DNA from: Octopus sinensis | Taxonomy: Eukaryota | NCBI RefSeq assembly: GCF_006345805.1 | Contig: NC_043002.1 | Span: 77,748,001-77,812,000 of the forward strand | DNA: 64,000 nucleotides | Reading direction: 5' to 3' | Shown: positions 50,580 to 63,262 of the stretch, piece by piece | Layout: every line of letters begins with the position of its first letter | Numbering within the stretch: position 1 is the first letter of the stretch | Notes under the pieces: model-generated | What the model saw: the letters and a program-made list of their open reading frames with translations, nothing else | Databases searched by the model: none | Told to the model about the DNA's origin: nothing | Position numbers and translations under genes: made by a program

Positions 50580-52362
50580 AATATATTTTTCACACATACA
50601 TACATACATACATACATATGTACATATGGATGTATCTACGTATGTATATGTATGTAGCATAAATGCATGTATGTATGTAGATATGAAGGAATATGTGTTT
50701 TTGTGTTTGTGTTTGTCCCCTATCACCACTTGACAGCCAACATTGGTCTGCTTATGTCGCTTTAATTTAGCAGTTCAACAAAAGAGATTGATAGAATAAG
50801 TATGAGACTTAAAATAATAGGTTATGGAGATAATTTATACATGTACTCCTAAATGTGGAATACTATAGTCTCCTGTTCAAGAGAACATTTCACTATTGTT
50901 TCTTGAACATGGTTTGACATTAAAATAAAGTTCTTTTCTGCCTATGTTATGTCAATCAGGCACATCACAATCAATTACTAGTAACAAGTATATTCCCATG
51001 CCTAAATTTTCTATAGAATAAAACAATTCTAAATAATTTATTCTGTATATTTACCCATTTCTACATCAGATGACTTTATATTTTCTACAAAAGTTAATAC
51101 TAACTTACTAGTTTATGTGATAAATTGCCATACAAGTTTAACAGTAGGAAAGTGACAAGAGTCATTTAACAATGCTGGATATACAGAAAAATTACTTGAT
51201 TCAATATTTCAGCTTTAACAAGGCCTAATTGGGAACTGAAATATTCAAAAGGAAATATCAGCATTAAAGAATACCAGTTGAGAGCAGAATATTCCATCAA
51301 AGGCATGAATTGTAACAACAAATTTGTTATAGGCAGACTCTACCATTGCAAATGCACATTAAAGAGCACATGAAAATGAAAGACTTGTCTGTTAAAAGCC
51401 TTCGGGAACTTGCATATTCAAGAAACTATACTGATTAGATACTCACAACCACAAATTACCAATTGTTAGAAGTTCCTTGTCTGCAAGAATTTTATTGTTT
51501 CATTTGCTTTCCACACTTCATTCTTCTCCTTGCTACGCCTTATGCAGTTTTGTGTGAGCTATGATAGCTTCAGTGTTGTTTACTATTAACATTTTATTTT
51601 GAATGTTTAAATTCACAAGTAGGGCTTGTCAAAGCCAAAATATCGAATAAACTTCTTTTCTCCTAAACTCTGCCTTGTTTAATGGCTTTCTTCACTTTTC
51701 TTTTATTTGTAACCATTTATAGAATTTTCAATATTATCCCCTTTTGATCAATATTGAGCCAGTGAAGATTTGCATAGCAATCTTTCACACTTTCACTTCT
51801 GAATATGAAACAGATTGCAGTGTTCTAGAACATTGTAATTTATCAATGTTTGATCTACTGATTGATGACAGACAAACAATTACACAGATAAGATGATATA
51901 GTCTAAAGGAATTTCAAAACGAGATGGAGACAAGAATCTACAAATCTTTGAAATAATTCAGCTGCAAATCTTACTGATGTGGTCATTGAAATTTTAATAT
52001 TGATATGATTTTTATTATTAGCTCTATCATAAATTCAGTAGAGTGTAATCAGTAATACTAGTAACCTCGTAATCAATAGATATATGGTTCAAACCCAATC
52101 AATGGTTTCGTGTTCTCAATAAAGAAAACAGGGGGGGGGGGGCAGTGAATGACAGAATTCTCTTTCTCTTTTTTGAAAAGCTGAACATCATATGCATATG
52201 TATACATATGCATGCATGTGTGAATGTATGTATATATGTATGTATGTATGCATGCATGTAGATAGGTCTGTATTATCCATGTGTGTATGCATATAGATGT
52301 GTATGTATATAAGTTTATATATGTACATATATATGCATATATATATGTATATCCATATATAT

Positions 52363-52392
<30 letters not shown>

Positions 52393-52398
<6 letters not shown>

Positions 52399-52670
52399 CT
52401 ATATTTCAAGATGGTCATATTTTTTTACACCAAATAAACACATGCACTATATATTCATTCTTCACTCTTGTATTATTGTTCTTATTTTATCTCATGTCCA
52501 TTGTCTGGAAACCTTTCATAACACATCTGTGACCGCTTCAGCGGCCCTTTGAATCCATGTGTATTTCCCTGCTCTGTCTAGTCCATTCTGTGAACAATAA
52601 TAAATGAGTGAAGAATAAATATATATTTGGCAAAAAAGAAAAAAATGACCATCCCGAAATATAGCAATAT
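52393..52670. repeat. TA-anchored inverted repeat with ~80-bp arms
   Basis: atattgctatatttcaagatggtca... versus ...tgaccatcccgaaatatagcaatat, about 80% identical. Confidence 0.8.
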
Positions 52671-52725
52671 CTGTTTCAACACACGGTTTCACATCAGGAA
52701 TCTTACAACACACAAATTCATAAAC

Positions 52726-52800
<75 letters not shown>

Positions 52801-52802
52801 TA

Positions 52803-53402
52803 TATCATCATCATCATCGTTTAACGTCCACTTTCCATGCTGGCATGGGTTGGACGGTTGACTGAGGGCTGGCAAGCCAGATGGCTGCACCAGGCTCCAA
52901 TCTGATCTGGCAGAGTTTCTACAACTGGATGCCCTTCCTAATGCCAACCACTCTGAGAGTGTAGTGGATTGCTTTTACGTGCCACCGGCACAAGGGCCAG
53001 TCAGGCAGTACTGGCGATGGCCACACTCAAATGGTGTTTTTTATGTGCCACCTGCACAGGAGCCAGTCCAGTGGCACTGGCAACAACCTCACTCAAATGT
53101 TGCTTTTCACGTGCTACCAGCACGATTGCCAGTAAGGGAATGCTGGTAACAATCATGCTCAAATGGTGCTTTTTATGTGCCACCAGCATGGAAGCCAGTC
53201 AGCAGCCCTAACAACGTTCATGCTTGAATGGTGCTTTTAACGTTCCACTTTTAACGTTCCACTGGCACGGGTGCCAGTCAGGCAGTGTTGTCATTAGCCA
53301 TGTCAGCGAATTTGATTTTCACTTGTCTTAATAGGTCTTCGCAAGCAATGCATGAGTAGGCTGGTTACACGCCTGGCATAGGCCACAGATTATGGTCTCA
53401 AT
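52803..53402 (-). mobile_element. RTE 3' UTR copy with an expanded ~47-bp repeat array
   Basis: (CAT)n tail and 6-7 atggtgcttttt..gtgcca units. Confidence 0.85.
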
Positions 53403-53592
53403 TGGCTTACGAAAATAAACAAAAGATGAAGGCAGGTGGAGTACAAACAAACACATGTATTAGTATGGCACTCAGGAATAGGAATAGAAAAAGTCTTTTA
53501 CGTTTCAAGCCTACGCTCTTCGACAGAAAGATACACAGAAAAAAACAAGGAGAGAAAAAAATGCATGTAGGAGCTAACGATCTATCATGGCG
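53403..53592 (-). mobile_element. P3-related Penelope-like fragment with an HHR motif at 53494-53531
   Basis: TCTTT-CTGTCGA-A-GAGC(GTAG)GCTT-GAAA-CG-TA-AAAGA. Confidence 0.65.
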
Positions 53593-53599
53593 TTATATA

Positions 53600-56432
53600 T
53601 ATCATCATCATCATCATCATCATCGTTTAGCGTCCGTTTTCCATGCTAGCATGGGTTGGACGGTTCTACTGGGGTCTGTGAAGCCAGAAGGTTTCATCAG
53701 GCCCAGTCAAATCTGGCAGTGTTTCTACGGCTGGATGCCCTTCCTAACGCCAACCACTCCGTGAGTGTAGTGGGTGCTTTTTACGTGCCACCCGCACTGG
53801 TGCCAGACAGAGCTGGCAAACGGCCACGAACGGATGGTGCTTTTTATGTGCCACCGGCATGAGGGCCAGGCGAGGCTGGCAACGGACACGAAATGGGGCG
53901 GTGCTGGCAACGGTCGCGAAACGGAAAGTTCTCTTACATGCCACCGGCACTGGTAACACATCTGCAATTTCCATTGATCGATTTCCATTGATTGATTTCG
54001 ATTCTGATCCTCACTTGCCTCAACGGGTCTTCACAAGCAGAGTTTCGACATGCCACCGGCACTGGTAGCACATCCGCAATTTCCATTGATCGATTTCGAT
54101 TCTGATCCTCACTTGCCTCAACACGTCTTCACAAGTAGAGTTTTGTGTCCCAAGAAGGGAAGGTATGCATACGTAGGCTGGCTCCATCCCATGTAGAAGG
54201 CCACGGGTTATGGACTCACTTGTCCTGCCGGGTCTTCTCGCGCACAGCACACTTCCAGAGGTCTCGGTCTCTAGTCATTTCCTCAGTGAGACCTAAAGTT
54301 CGAAGGTCGTGCTTCACCACCTCGCCCCAGTTTTCCTGGGTCTGCCTCTTCCACAGGTTCCCTCAACCGCTAGGGTGTGGCACTTTTTCACACAACTATC
54401 TTCATCCATTCTCGCCACATGACCATACCAGCGCAAACGTCTCTCTTGCACACCACAACTGATGCTTCTTAGGTCCAGCTTTTCTCTCAAGGTACTTACA
54501 CTCTGCCGAGTGTGAGTACCGGCATTACACATCCATCGGAGCATACTGGCTTCATTTCTAGCGAGCTTACGCATATCCTCAGCAGTCACGGCCCATGTTT
54601 CACTGCCATGTAGCATGGCTGTTCGTACACACGCATCATACAGTCTGCCTTTCACTCTGTGCGAGAGGCCTTTTGTCACCAGCAGAGGTAAGAGCTCTCT
54701 GAACTTTGCCCAAGCTATTCTTACTCTAGCAGTTACACTTTCAGCACACCCGCCCCGCTGCTGACTTGGTCACCTAGGTAACGGAAACTATCAACTATTT
54801 CTAGTTTTTCTCCCTGGAAAGTGACGGAAGTTGGTCTCAGAGCATTTTCAGTGTTTATTGTTCCTGAGCATCTGCCACATACAAAAACCATCTTCCTAGT
54901 TAGCCTTCCTTTGACATTGCTGCATCTCTTATGTGTCCATAGCTTACACTTGGTGCATCTTATAGAGTTTCTACCTACACCTTTTCTACAGATCGAGCAG
55001 GGCCATCTACCTGAAGGTGTTTGTGATTTGTCTACCTTCCTACTGATTACGACTTTGGTTTTAGCTAGATTGACTCTGAGGCCCTTCGATTCTAATCCTT
55101 GCTTCCACACCTGAAACTTCTCCTCCAGTTCTGATAGCGACTCAGCAATTAGAGCAAGGTCATCAGCATAGAGGAGCTCCCAAGGGCATCCTGACTTGAA
55201 TTCCTCCGTTATTGCCTGGAGGACTATGATAAAATAGGAGGGGGCTGAGTACTGAGCCTTGGTGGACTCCTACCTCTACTCGGAATTCTTCACTGTACTC
55301 ATTTCCAACCCTCACCCTACTAGCGACGTCCCTATACATGGCCCGCACAGCTCTCACTAACCATTCATCTATCCCTAGTTTCCTCATTGACCACCAGATA
55401 AGGGATCGGGGGACCCTGTCGAAGGCTTTCTCCATGTCAACAAAAGCCAGGTACAGGGGCTTATCTTTGGCTAGGTATTTCTCCTGCAGCTGCCTTACCA
55501 GGAATATAGCATCAGTAGTACTTTTCCCTGGCACAAACCCAAACTGCATCTCATCTAAACTAACTCTCTCTCTAATTAGTTGGGCTATGACCCTCTCCGT
55601 AACCTTCATCACCTGGTCCAACAGCTTGATACCTCTGTAGTTATTTGTATCTAGGGCATCACCTTTACCTTTGTAGCAGTTGACTATTATACTGCAACAC
55701 CAGTCATTGGGTATGACCCCTTTGTGTATCACCTGATTAACTATACGGGTGACTAGGCTATAGCCGACACTACCAGACATTTTGAGCATCTCTGCAGTGA
55801 TTCCCGATGGGCCTGGGGCTTTCCCTGTCTTCATGCTTCTAATTGCCTTAGCTACCACGGAACTATCAACTCGGATAGCTGGTCCCTCTGTTGGGTCAAC
55901 ATTCGGCAGACTCTCTTTATCCCATTCATTTTCTTCATTCAGCAACCTTTCATAGTGGCATCTCCAAACCTCTCTCTTTGCATCCTCATTTAGCGCAAGT
56001 GAACCATCTTCCATGCGAACACACTTCTCTCCTACCACATCACGATTCTCTCTCACACACTGTCTTGCAACACGAAACACCTCCAGTCTTTGGTCCTCAC
56101 GGCGCAGAACATTGGCAAATTTTTTCTTATCTGCTTCCCCTCTGGCTAAATAAACCTGTCTCCTAGCTTCTCTTTTGGCAGTCTGATACAATTCCCTGCT
56201 ACCCCCATTTTTCCAGACCTTCCAAGCCTGTCTCTTTTCTCTAATAGCCCTGTCTACAATATTGTTCCACCACCACGTTATTCTAGGTCGAGAGGGGACT
56301 TTGCACCAGCCACAGATCTGGTCAGTGGCTCTCAGCAGGTTGTCCCTTAGAAACGTCCAGCTGTCTTCTACCCCCTGTGATGCTCTATCCCCTTCTACTT
56401 CGTCAGAGGCTTCAAGTAATATGTCCCTAAAC
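53600..56432 (-). mobile_element. RTE-clade LINE, 5'-truncated, ~2.8 kb, frameshifted
   Basis: Same RT motifs as the 26-28 kb copy, a ~110-bp tandem duplication in the 3' UTR (53939-54140) and a (GAT)n tail. Confidence 0.95.
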
Positions 56433-56446
56433 ATATATATATATAT

Positions 56447-56545
<99 letters not shown>

Positions 56546-57039
56546 TACATACATACATACATATAGGCCCACACACTTACATAAATGATATCAGAGTATG
56601 ATGCAGACACATAAAACAAGAATTACCAAGGAAATATATATAAACACTTAAGAAGCCTTTCATACTTTTCTATACCTAATAGTTGATATCAAGAGACAAG
56701 TATAGAGTATTGTTTTAGTATATTTCTCTTTTCTCTTATCTCTCTCTCTTTCTCCCTTTTGTTTTTCTCTTTCCTTTTTTCACTCACTTCTCACTCTCTC
56801 TTTTTCCCTTTCTTATACACTCACTTCTCATTCTCTCTTTTTCCTTTTTTATACACACACACACACCATACAGTGAGTGTATATGTGCAAATTTTTGCCT
56901 AAAGTAAACAGAACTAGTAATTTTAAGTTGAACAACCTTGGAATCAGTATCAATCTTTGTGTTTTACAATGATCCAAAAAGGGAGCCTCGGTATGGTCTT
57001 TCAACCAGCTAGAAATAACAATCAAATCACTTTCAGTTA

Positions 57040-57310
57040 TACCCTATGTGGGATGATGTCAGCAGCTGACCGGAACTTGGAGCTGACTGGAAGGGGCAGC
57101 CATGACGTGCGCGCAGCGAACGGGGCATTCTGCCTATTTCGAGTCAGGTCGTCGAGGGGTTAAGACGGTCATCACGTTGTTAAAGTTGGGTGAAGCAGCT
57201 GCTATCTCTAGCATTTGGGTCGGGCTGTGTTGAAGGATCTGTTACCACTGAAGGGTCTCCATCTGAGCGAAGAGAAGGTAGGTGGCTTTATTTCGAATCT
57301 CTCGCATACA
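57040..57310 (+). promoter_or_regulatory. CpG-rich promoter or first-exon candidate
   Basis: About 15 CpGs in ~250 bp. CCGGAA at 57070, TGACGT at 57103, TGCGCGCA at 57108, donor-like GAAG|GTAGGT at 57277/57278. Confidence 0.4.
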
Positions 57311-57488
57311 CCACACCCTAGAGTCTTAGAAAAAACAAAGGAATCGTGAGAAAATGCAGACTTGGATATATATAGAAAATTTGGATGGAATACCTTAAAC
57401 ATAGGTCATTTATAAACAATAACAATACAGCAATTAATACAACACCGACAATATTAACAACTGCACAGAAACCAATACTACCACCACC

Positions 57489-58338
57489 CAGAGCAATTTT
57501 AGCAACATTAAAGGCCCCCAGGCAAATCAGTGCATTGGGCCCTACAGTATTTATTTATTGTCAGCAAGTCACAGCACACATAGGCAAGAATTGGAACCCT
57601 CGATCCATGAGGACCCTAAGCAAATCAGTGGCCCCTATAGTATTTTATGCCGCTAAGCCACAGCATACATAGACCAGAATTGAGAATTGGATCCCTAGAC
57701 TTGTGAGGACCCTAGGAAAATCAGTGTACAGGGCCCTATAGTATTATTTATTGCCAGCAAGTCACAGCTTACATAGGCTTGAATTGGGCCCCTACACTCA
57801 TGAGGACCCTGGGCAAATCAGTGCATGGGACCCTATAGTCTTTATTGCCAGCAAGCCACAGCATACATAGGCTAGAATTGAGCCCTTACATCTATGAGGA
57901 CCCCAAGTAAATCAGTCCACTGGACCCTATAGTATTTAATGCCACTAAGTCACAGCATACATAGATCAGAATTGAGAATTGGATCCCGAGACTTGTGAGG
58001 ACCCTGGGCAAATCAGTGTACAGGACCCTATAGTGTTATTTACTGCCAGTAAGCCACAGTAGGCATACAGTAGAATTGGGTCCCTAAGCCCAAGGTGACC
58101 TTTGACAAATCAGTGCACTGGAACCTATAATATTTATTTATTATCAGCAAGCCATAGCATACATAGGCTAGAATTGGGCCCTTACACCTATGAGGACTCC
58201 AGGCAAATTAGTGCACTGGGCCCTATAATATTTATTTATTGCCAGTAAGCCACAGCATATATAGATTAAAATTGAGTCCACGAGACCCATGAAAATCCAA
58301 GCAACTGCCCAATATGCTCATGCTTTAAGACAACATTG
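57489..58338. repeat. ~97-bp tandem repeat (8-9 units) with a trimeric higher-order pattern
   Basis: The caaatcag anchor recurs every 88-106 bp. The diagnostic gaattgagaattggatccc occurs at 57671 and 57963. Confidence 0.9.
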
Positions 58339-58339
58339 C

Positions 58340-58930
58340 CACCACAAACAACAACAATACCAACAACAACAACAACAACAACAACACAACTATCAATACT
58401 ACCGCTACTACCAAAAGCAGTACTAGTAACAGCAACACCACCAATGCCAATACGACTGACAATAAGACAAACAACAGCACCACCACCAACAACAACAATA
58501 ACACTATCATCACCAAGAGCAACACTACTACCAACAACAAGAACAACACCACCACCACCAACAACAACAACAACAACAGCAACAACAAAAAGAAAGGCAG
58601 AAAATCATTTTCCAACCAATTCCACTTAACACTATTCTCTCTGAGTCTCTCTGCTAACAACAACAACAACACACACACACATGCACGCATGCACCCACAC
58701 ACACACACACACACACACATACACATGCAGAACCAAACCATTCTAGTATTTCCCCCTGTCATCTGTGATGTTAACCGACTTCTCAGATTTCAAATACTGC
58801 TGCTTCTCAACTGTGGACATCATTAACATCAACGAAATGTCACCAACTTCGTAGTAGCTAGCAGTAGTGGCAGCAGTAGTAGTAGTAGTAGTAGTAGTAG
58901 TAGCAGCAGCAGTAGAAGTAGTAGTAGTAA

Positions 58931-58972
<42 letters not shown>

Positions 58973-59712
58973 GCTACATCATATATGGAATGAAGATGAT
59001 GATGATGATGATGATGATGGTAGTAGTAGTAGTAATGATGACAAATAATAGGATGAAGGGCTGAAAGAGGAGGGACAGGCAGAAGAAAAGGTAGAGGAAA
59101 TAGAGAGAAGCCCATGACAATGAAAATGAGAATGTGAATGACAATGATAATGATGATGATGATGGTGGTTGCAGTGGTAGTGGCAGCAGCAGTTGTAGCA
59201 GTAGTTGTAATGATGATGATGATGATGATGATCATGAAAGAGTAAGTGTGGCTGTTTAACCCCAGGTTGACTCTCCCCCAACTCCGATTAAGGAGACCTA
59301 TGATCAAAAGCATTCCAGTCATGACATTTCTTGTTCTTTTTCGGGGAAGTAAAATAATGATAATAATAATAATAATATGAAGGTGCATGGCTCAGTGGTT
59401 AGAGCGTCAAGATTACGATCGTGAGGTTGTGAGTTCGAATCCTGGACCAGGCTGCGTATTGTGTTCTTGAGCAAGACACTTTATTTCACGTTGCTCCAGT
59501 TCACTCAGTTGTAGAAATGAGTTGCGACGTCACAGGTGCCAAGCTGTATCTGCTGTTGCCTTTCCCTTGGATAACACTTGTGGCGTGGAGAGGGGAGGCT
59601 GGTATGCATGGGCGACTGCTGGTCTTCCATAAACAACCTTGCCCGGACTTGTGCCTGGGAGGGTAACTTTCTAGGTGCAATCCCACGAACAGTCATGACC
59701 GAAGAGGGTCTC

Positions 59713-59761
<49 letters not shown>

Positions 59762-60510
59762 CAATTTCTGAAGATGATGGGAAGTTATGATGTGAGGGGA
59801 AATTTAGCTGCTATTTCTAACAGGTTAAACAACCAGGTTAAACAATCATGACAGCAAGGTGGAGAAGGAGGAGGGGAGAAAAGAGGAAAATCCTGAAGAC
59901 TATATTCATGATCATCGTTAATGAGAAAATAGTGATGAAATTTACAGGTCATTGTCATCATCATCAATATCATCGTTGTCAGCATTGACATCGTCATAAT
60001 TGTCATCATTTGATAAGGTAATGATGATAATGAAAATACAAGTGATGACAACGACGACGATGGCAATGACAATGACGACAGCTATGACAATGATGATGAC
60101 TATGGTGATGATGATAATGATGATGACAATGATGATGATGATGAGAAGGAGGAGGAGGAGGAGGATGACGATGATGACAACGATGATGATGATGACGATG
60201 ATGATGATGGTGGTGATGATGACAATGATGATGACAATGATGATGACTATGATGATGAGGAGGAGGATGATGATGATGATGACAACGATGACAATGATGA
60301 TGAGGAGAAGGAAGAGGAGGATGACAACGATGACAATGATGATGATGACAATGATGATGATGATGATGATGACGACGACGACGACAACGATGGTGAGAAT
60401 AATGGAACTGATAGTGACAATTCATGAGGATTGTAATCATGATTACATGAAAATTACCAACAAAATAACATCAATGAAGATGACAAGGAGGAGGAGGAAG
60501 GGGAGATGAC
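58340..60510. repeat. Dense trinucleotide arrays (CAA, AGT, GAT, AAT)
   Basis: Seen directly. Confidence 0.95.
59381..59760 (+). mobile_element. Full-length tRNA-derived SINE family D with intact Pol III boxes
   Basis: A box TGGCTCAGTGG at 59388-59398, B box GTTCGAATCC at 59433-59442, CORE-like ttgagcaagacac, (AAT)n tail. Confidence 0.9.
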
Positions 60511-61042
60511 ATTGACAGTAGTGGAGAGGGTGACAATGAAAGTGGAGGAGTAATGCTGTCAGTTGTCTTTCGTCAGTGTTGTTTAACCTTGCCTAGGTTA
60601 ACCTTACTCAGGCAAACTTATGATTAAAAGCCATCTAGTCATGTTCCTATATACAGGAATCCACTGTCCTTTTTTTTTTTCAAATTGTAAGGTGTTATCT
60701 GAGGAAATTTGATTGCTATTCCTAGCACAGTGAGTGATCCTGGCTCTTTGTGATGTTGGAAGTATTAGCAATATCATTAACATCTGGTGTTCAGTCATAT
60801 TTGCAATAATCCTTAAAAGTCTTTGGTTTCTTGAATTAGAATTCTGAGAATTTTGCAGTTTGTTTATTCTTTTTATTCTTGTACTGGATTCAATGGTGTC
60901 AGCCATTGGACTGTGGCCACGCCAGGGCACAACCTTCAAGAGTTGGGAAACCTGCAATCTTCTGACATATTTTGCTTGAGCTGCAATTGTGATAATAACA
61001 GCACTGGATTAACCATTAAGCAAAATAAACATGTATTTAGGG

Positions 61043-61243
61043 CAGTGCTTTTCAACATTTTTGCTGGAGCGGAACCCCAAGGAAACATTCCACTGGCTCG
61101 AGGAACCCCTGTGCAATAATTTAATAGTCTTATGCACACATATCTGCACAGGAGAATTAAAAATTACTGCCGATTTTAGCAGTTTTGTAACTTCTTGTGG
61201 AACCCCTGAACTGTACTGGCGGAACCCTGGTTGAAAACCACTG
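61043..61243. mobile_element. hAT MITE, 201 bp
   Basis: TIRs CAGTGCTTTTCAAC / GTTGAAAACCACTG and a perfect 8-bp TSD ATTTAGGG. Confidence 0.95.
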
Positions 61244-61544
61244 ATTTAGGGCATCATGAGAACAGGGAGGAGCACCACAGAAATAGGAAATGGCTTACAG
61301 CACAAAAGAAACTACTTTAAACTTGCTAAAATAATATTCAGAACGCCTTATTTCTGCTAAATATAGAAGCTGATGTGTTATATAAGATTAATTTTGAGGA
61401 TCTGATCAAAGATTGCAATTAAAAAAAAGTTGGAGAAAACTTTTCAAATATAAATGAAATAGAAGTATACAAAAATAAACATTATTTTCCATCTTACTGT
61501 TAGTTTTGCTTCATTTTTATTTTTTTATTCTTTCTTTTTTCTTT

Positions 61545-61773
61545 TATTTATTTCAGTCATTTGACTGTGGCCATGCTGGAGCACTGCCTTTAGTCAAACA
61601 AATCGACCCCAGAACTTATTCTTTGTAAACCTAGTACTTATTCTATCGGGCTTTTTGCCAAACCGCTAAGTTACAGGGACGTAAACACACCAGCATCGGT
61701 TGTCAAGTGATGGTGGGGGGACAAACACAGACACACAAACATATACACACACACACACACATACACACACGCA

Positions 61774-61839
<66 letters not shown>

Positions 61840-61980
61840 CGACGGGCTTTTTTCAGTTTCTGTCTACCAAATCCACTTACAAGGCTTTGGTCGGCCTGAG
61901 GCCATAGTAGAAGACACTTCCCCAAGGTGTCACACAGTGGGACTGAACCTGGAACCATGTGGTTAGTAAGCAAGCTACAT
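61545..61980 (-). mobile_element. SINE family A
   Basis: Family match. Confidence 0.9.
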
Positions 61981-62697
61981 TTTGAGTTACATATATATGG
62001 GGCACCAAAATTTTTAAGTGCTTAATCCAGCCCTGGCTAATAAATAAAAATAAATAATAAAACATACAGTTTACTATATATATATTAGAGAACAATAATT
62101 GTTGGCAAATGCCAATCAGTGATTTAAGTTCAACAAGATTTCACATGTATGCATGTATGTCTATCACTGGTTGAAATTACTTCGATCATTTTGTAGAATT
62201 GTTACCATTAATTAATAACTTAATTTCTTCATTTGTTTCCCTACCATGTCAAAAAAAAAATCTTGCAAAGAGTGCGGAAAGAAGAAAATCAAGACTTTAA
62301 GCTGAACAGAAATTTTAATATCTTTGTAGTGTTTGATAATGTTAAAATGATTAGCTTGGTCTCTGATTCTGTACTTTTGACAATAAAGAAAAACAATACA
62401 TACTAATGCTGTACTACTCGCAAGAGCAATAAATACACACAATTAGTGGATGAGTCTTGGATGAAAGTATAAAAGAAATTAGAAGATCAAATGCAAAAGC
62501 AAAGACAATTATTTCAGTCAGGAAATGCTACAAGTTTATAAAGTAGCATATTGTGTGGAGGGGAAAAAAAAGTGGGGGTGAGACCAAGTCATATACTGAT
62601 GCAGAGTTTAAAAAGGAATGCATTGCTAAAGTTGTAATATGCCAAATCTCCCTCATATCAAAACCTACCACCTTAAACAAGGATGAATACATCAAAT

Positions 62698-62800
62698 GCA
62701 GGTCATCATTGACTTACGACTACAATTGGTTCCAACGGACTGGTCATAAATTGATTTGGTCATAAGTCGGTCTATAGTCATGCATAGCTTTGTTTTATAT
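62698..62800. mobile_element. Tigger/pogo-like end fragment
   Basis: caggtcatcattgacttacgactacaattggttcc resembles Tigger-type termini. Confidence 0.4.
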
Positions 62801-62967
62801 TTTTACATTCTTAAGATGCATTCTTAAAAATATTTCATTACCAGGAACTACCCACCATCACAAATTATATGTGAAATTATATGCGAAATTATATGTGAAA
62901 TTCCAAATATGGTTCATAGACTAAATATTATAAAATAAAATTATATGTGAAATTATAACTATATATA

Positions 62968-63008
62968 GCAAAAACTGTCCAATGAACGGCAACGTGAAAC
63001 TCAGAGTA
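62968..63008 (+). mobile_element. 41-bp family P1 fragment ending at the predicted HHR cleavage site
   Basis: TA|GCAAAAACTGT-CCAATGA-ACG(GCAA)CGT-GAAA-CTCAGAG-TA| followed by (TA)n. Confidence 0.75.
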
Positions 63009-63067
<59 letters not shown>

Positions 63068-63114
63068 GTAAACAGTAAAAAATAAATACAGACATATATA
63101 TATATATAATATAT

Positions 63115-63253
<139 letters not shown>

Positions 63254-63262
63254 ACTATATAT

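Noticed and set aside
57489-58338. CRISPR-like or coding tandem repeat
   Set aside because: Whole units are homologous, with no unique spacers and no sustained ORF.
59388-59460. tRNA gene
   Set aside because: The tRNA-like head continues into a SINE body and tail and does not form a complete cloverleaf with a terminator.
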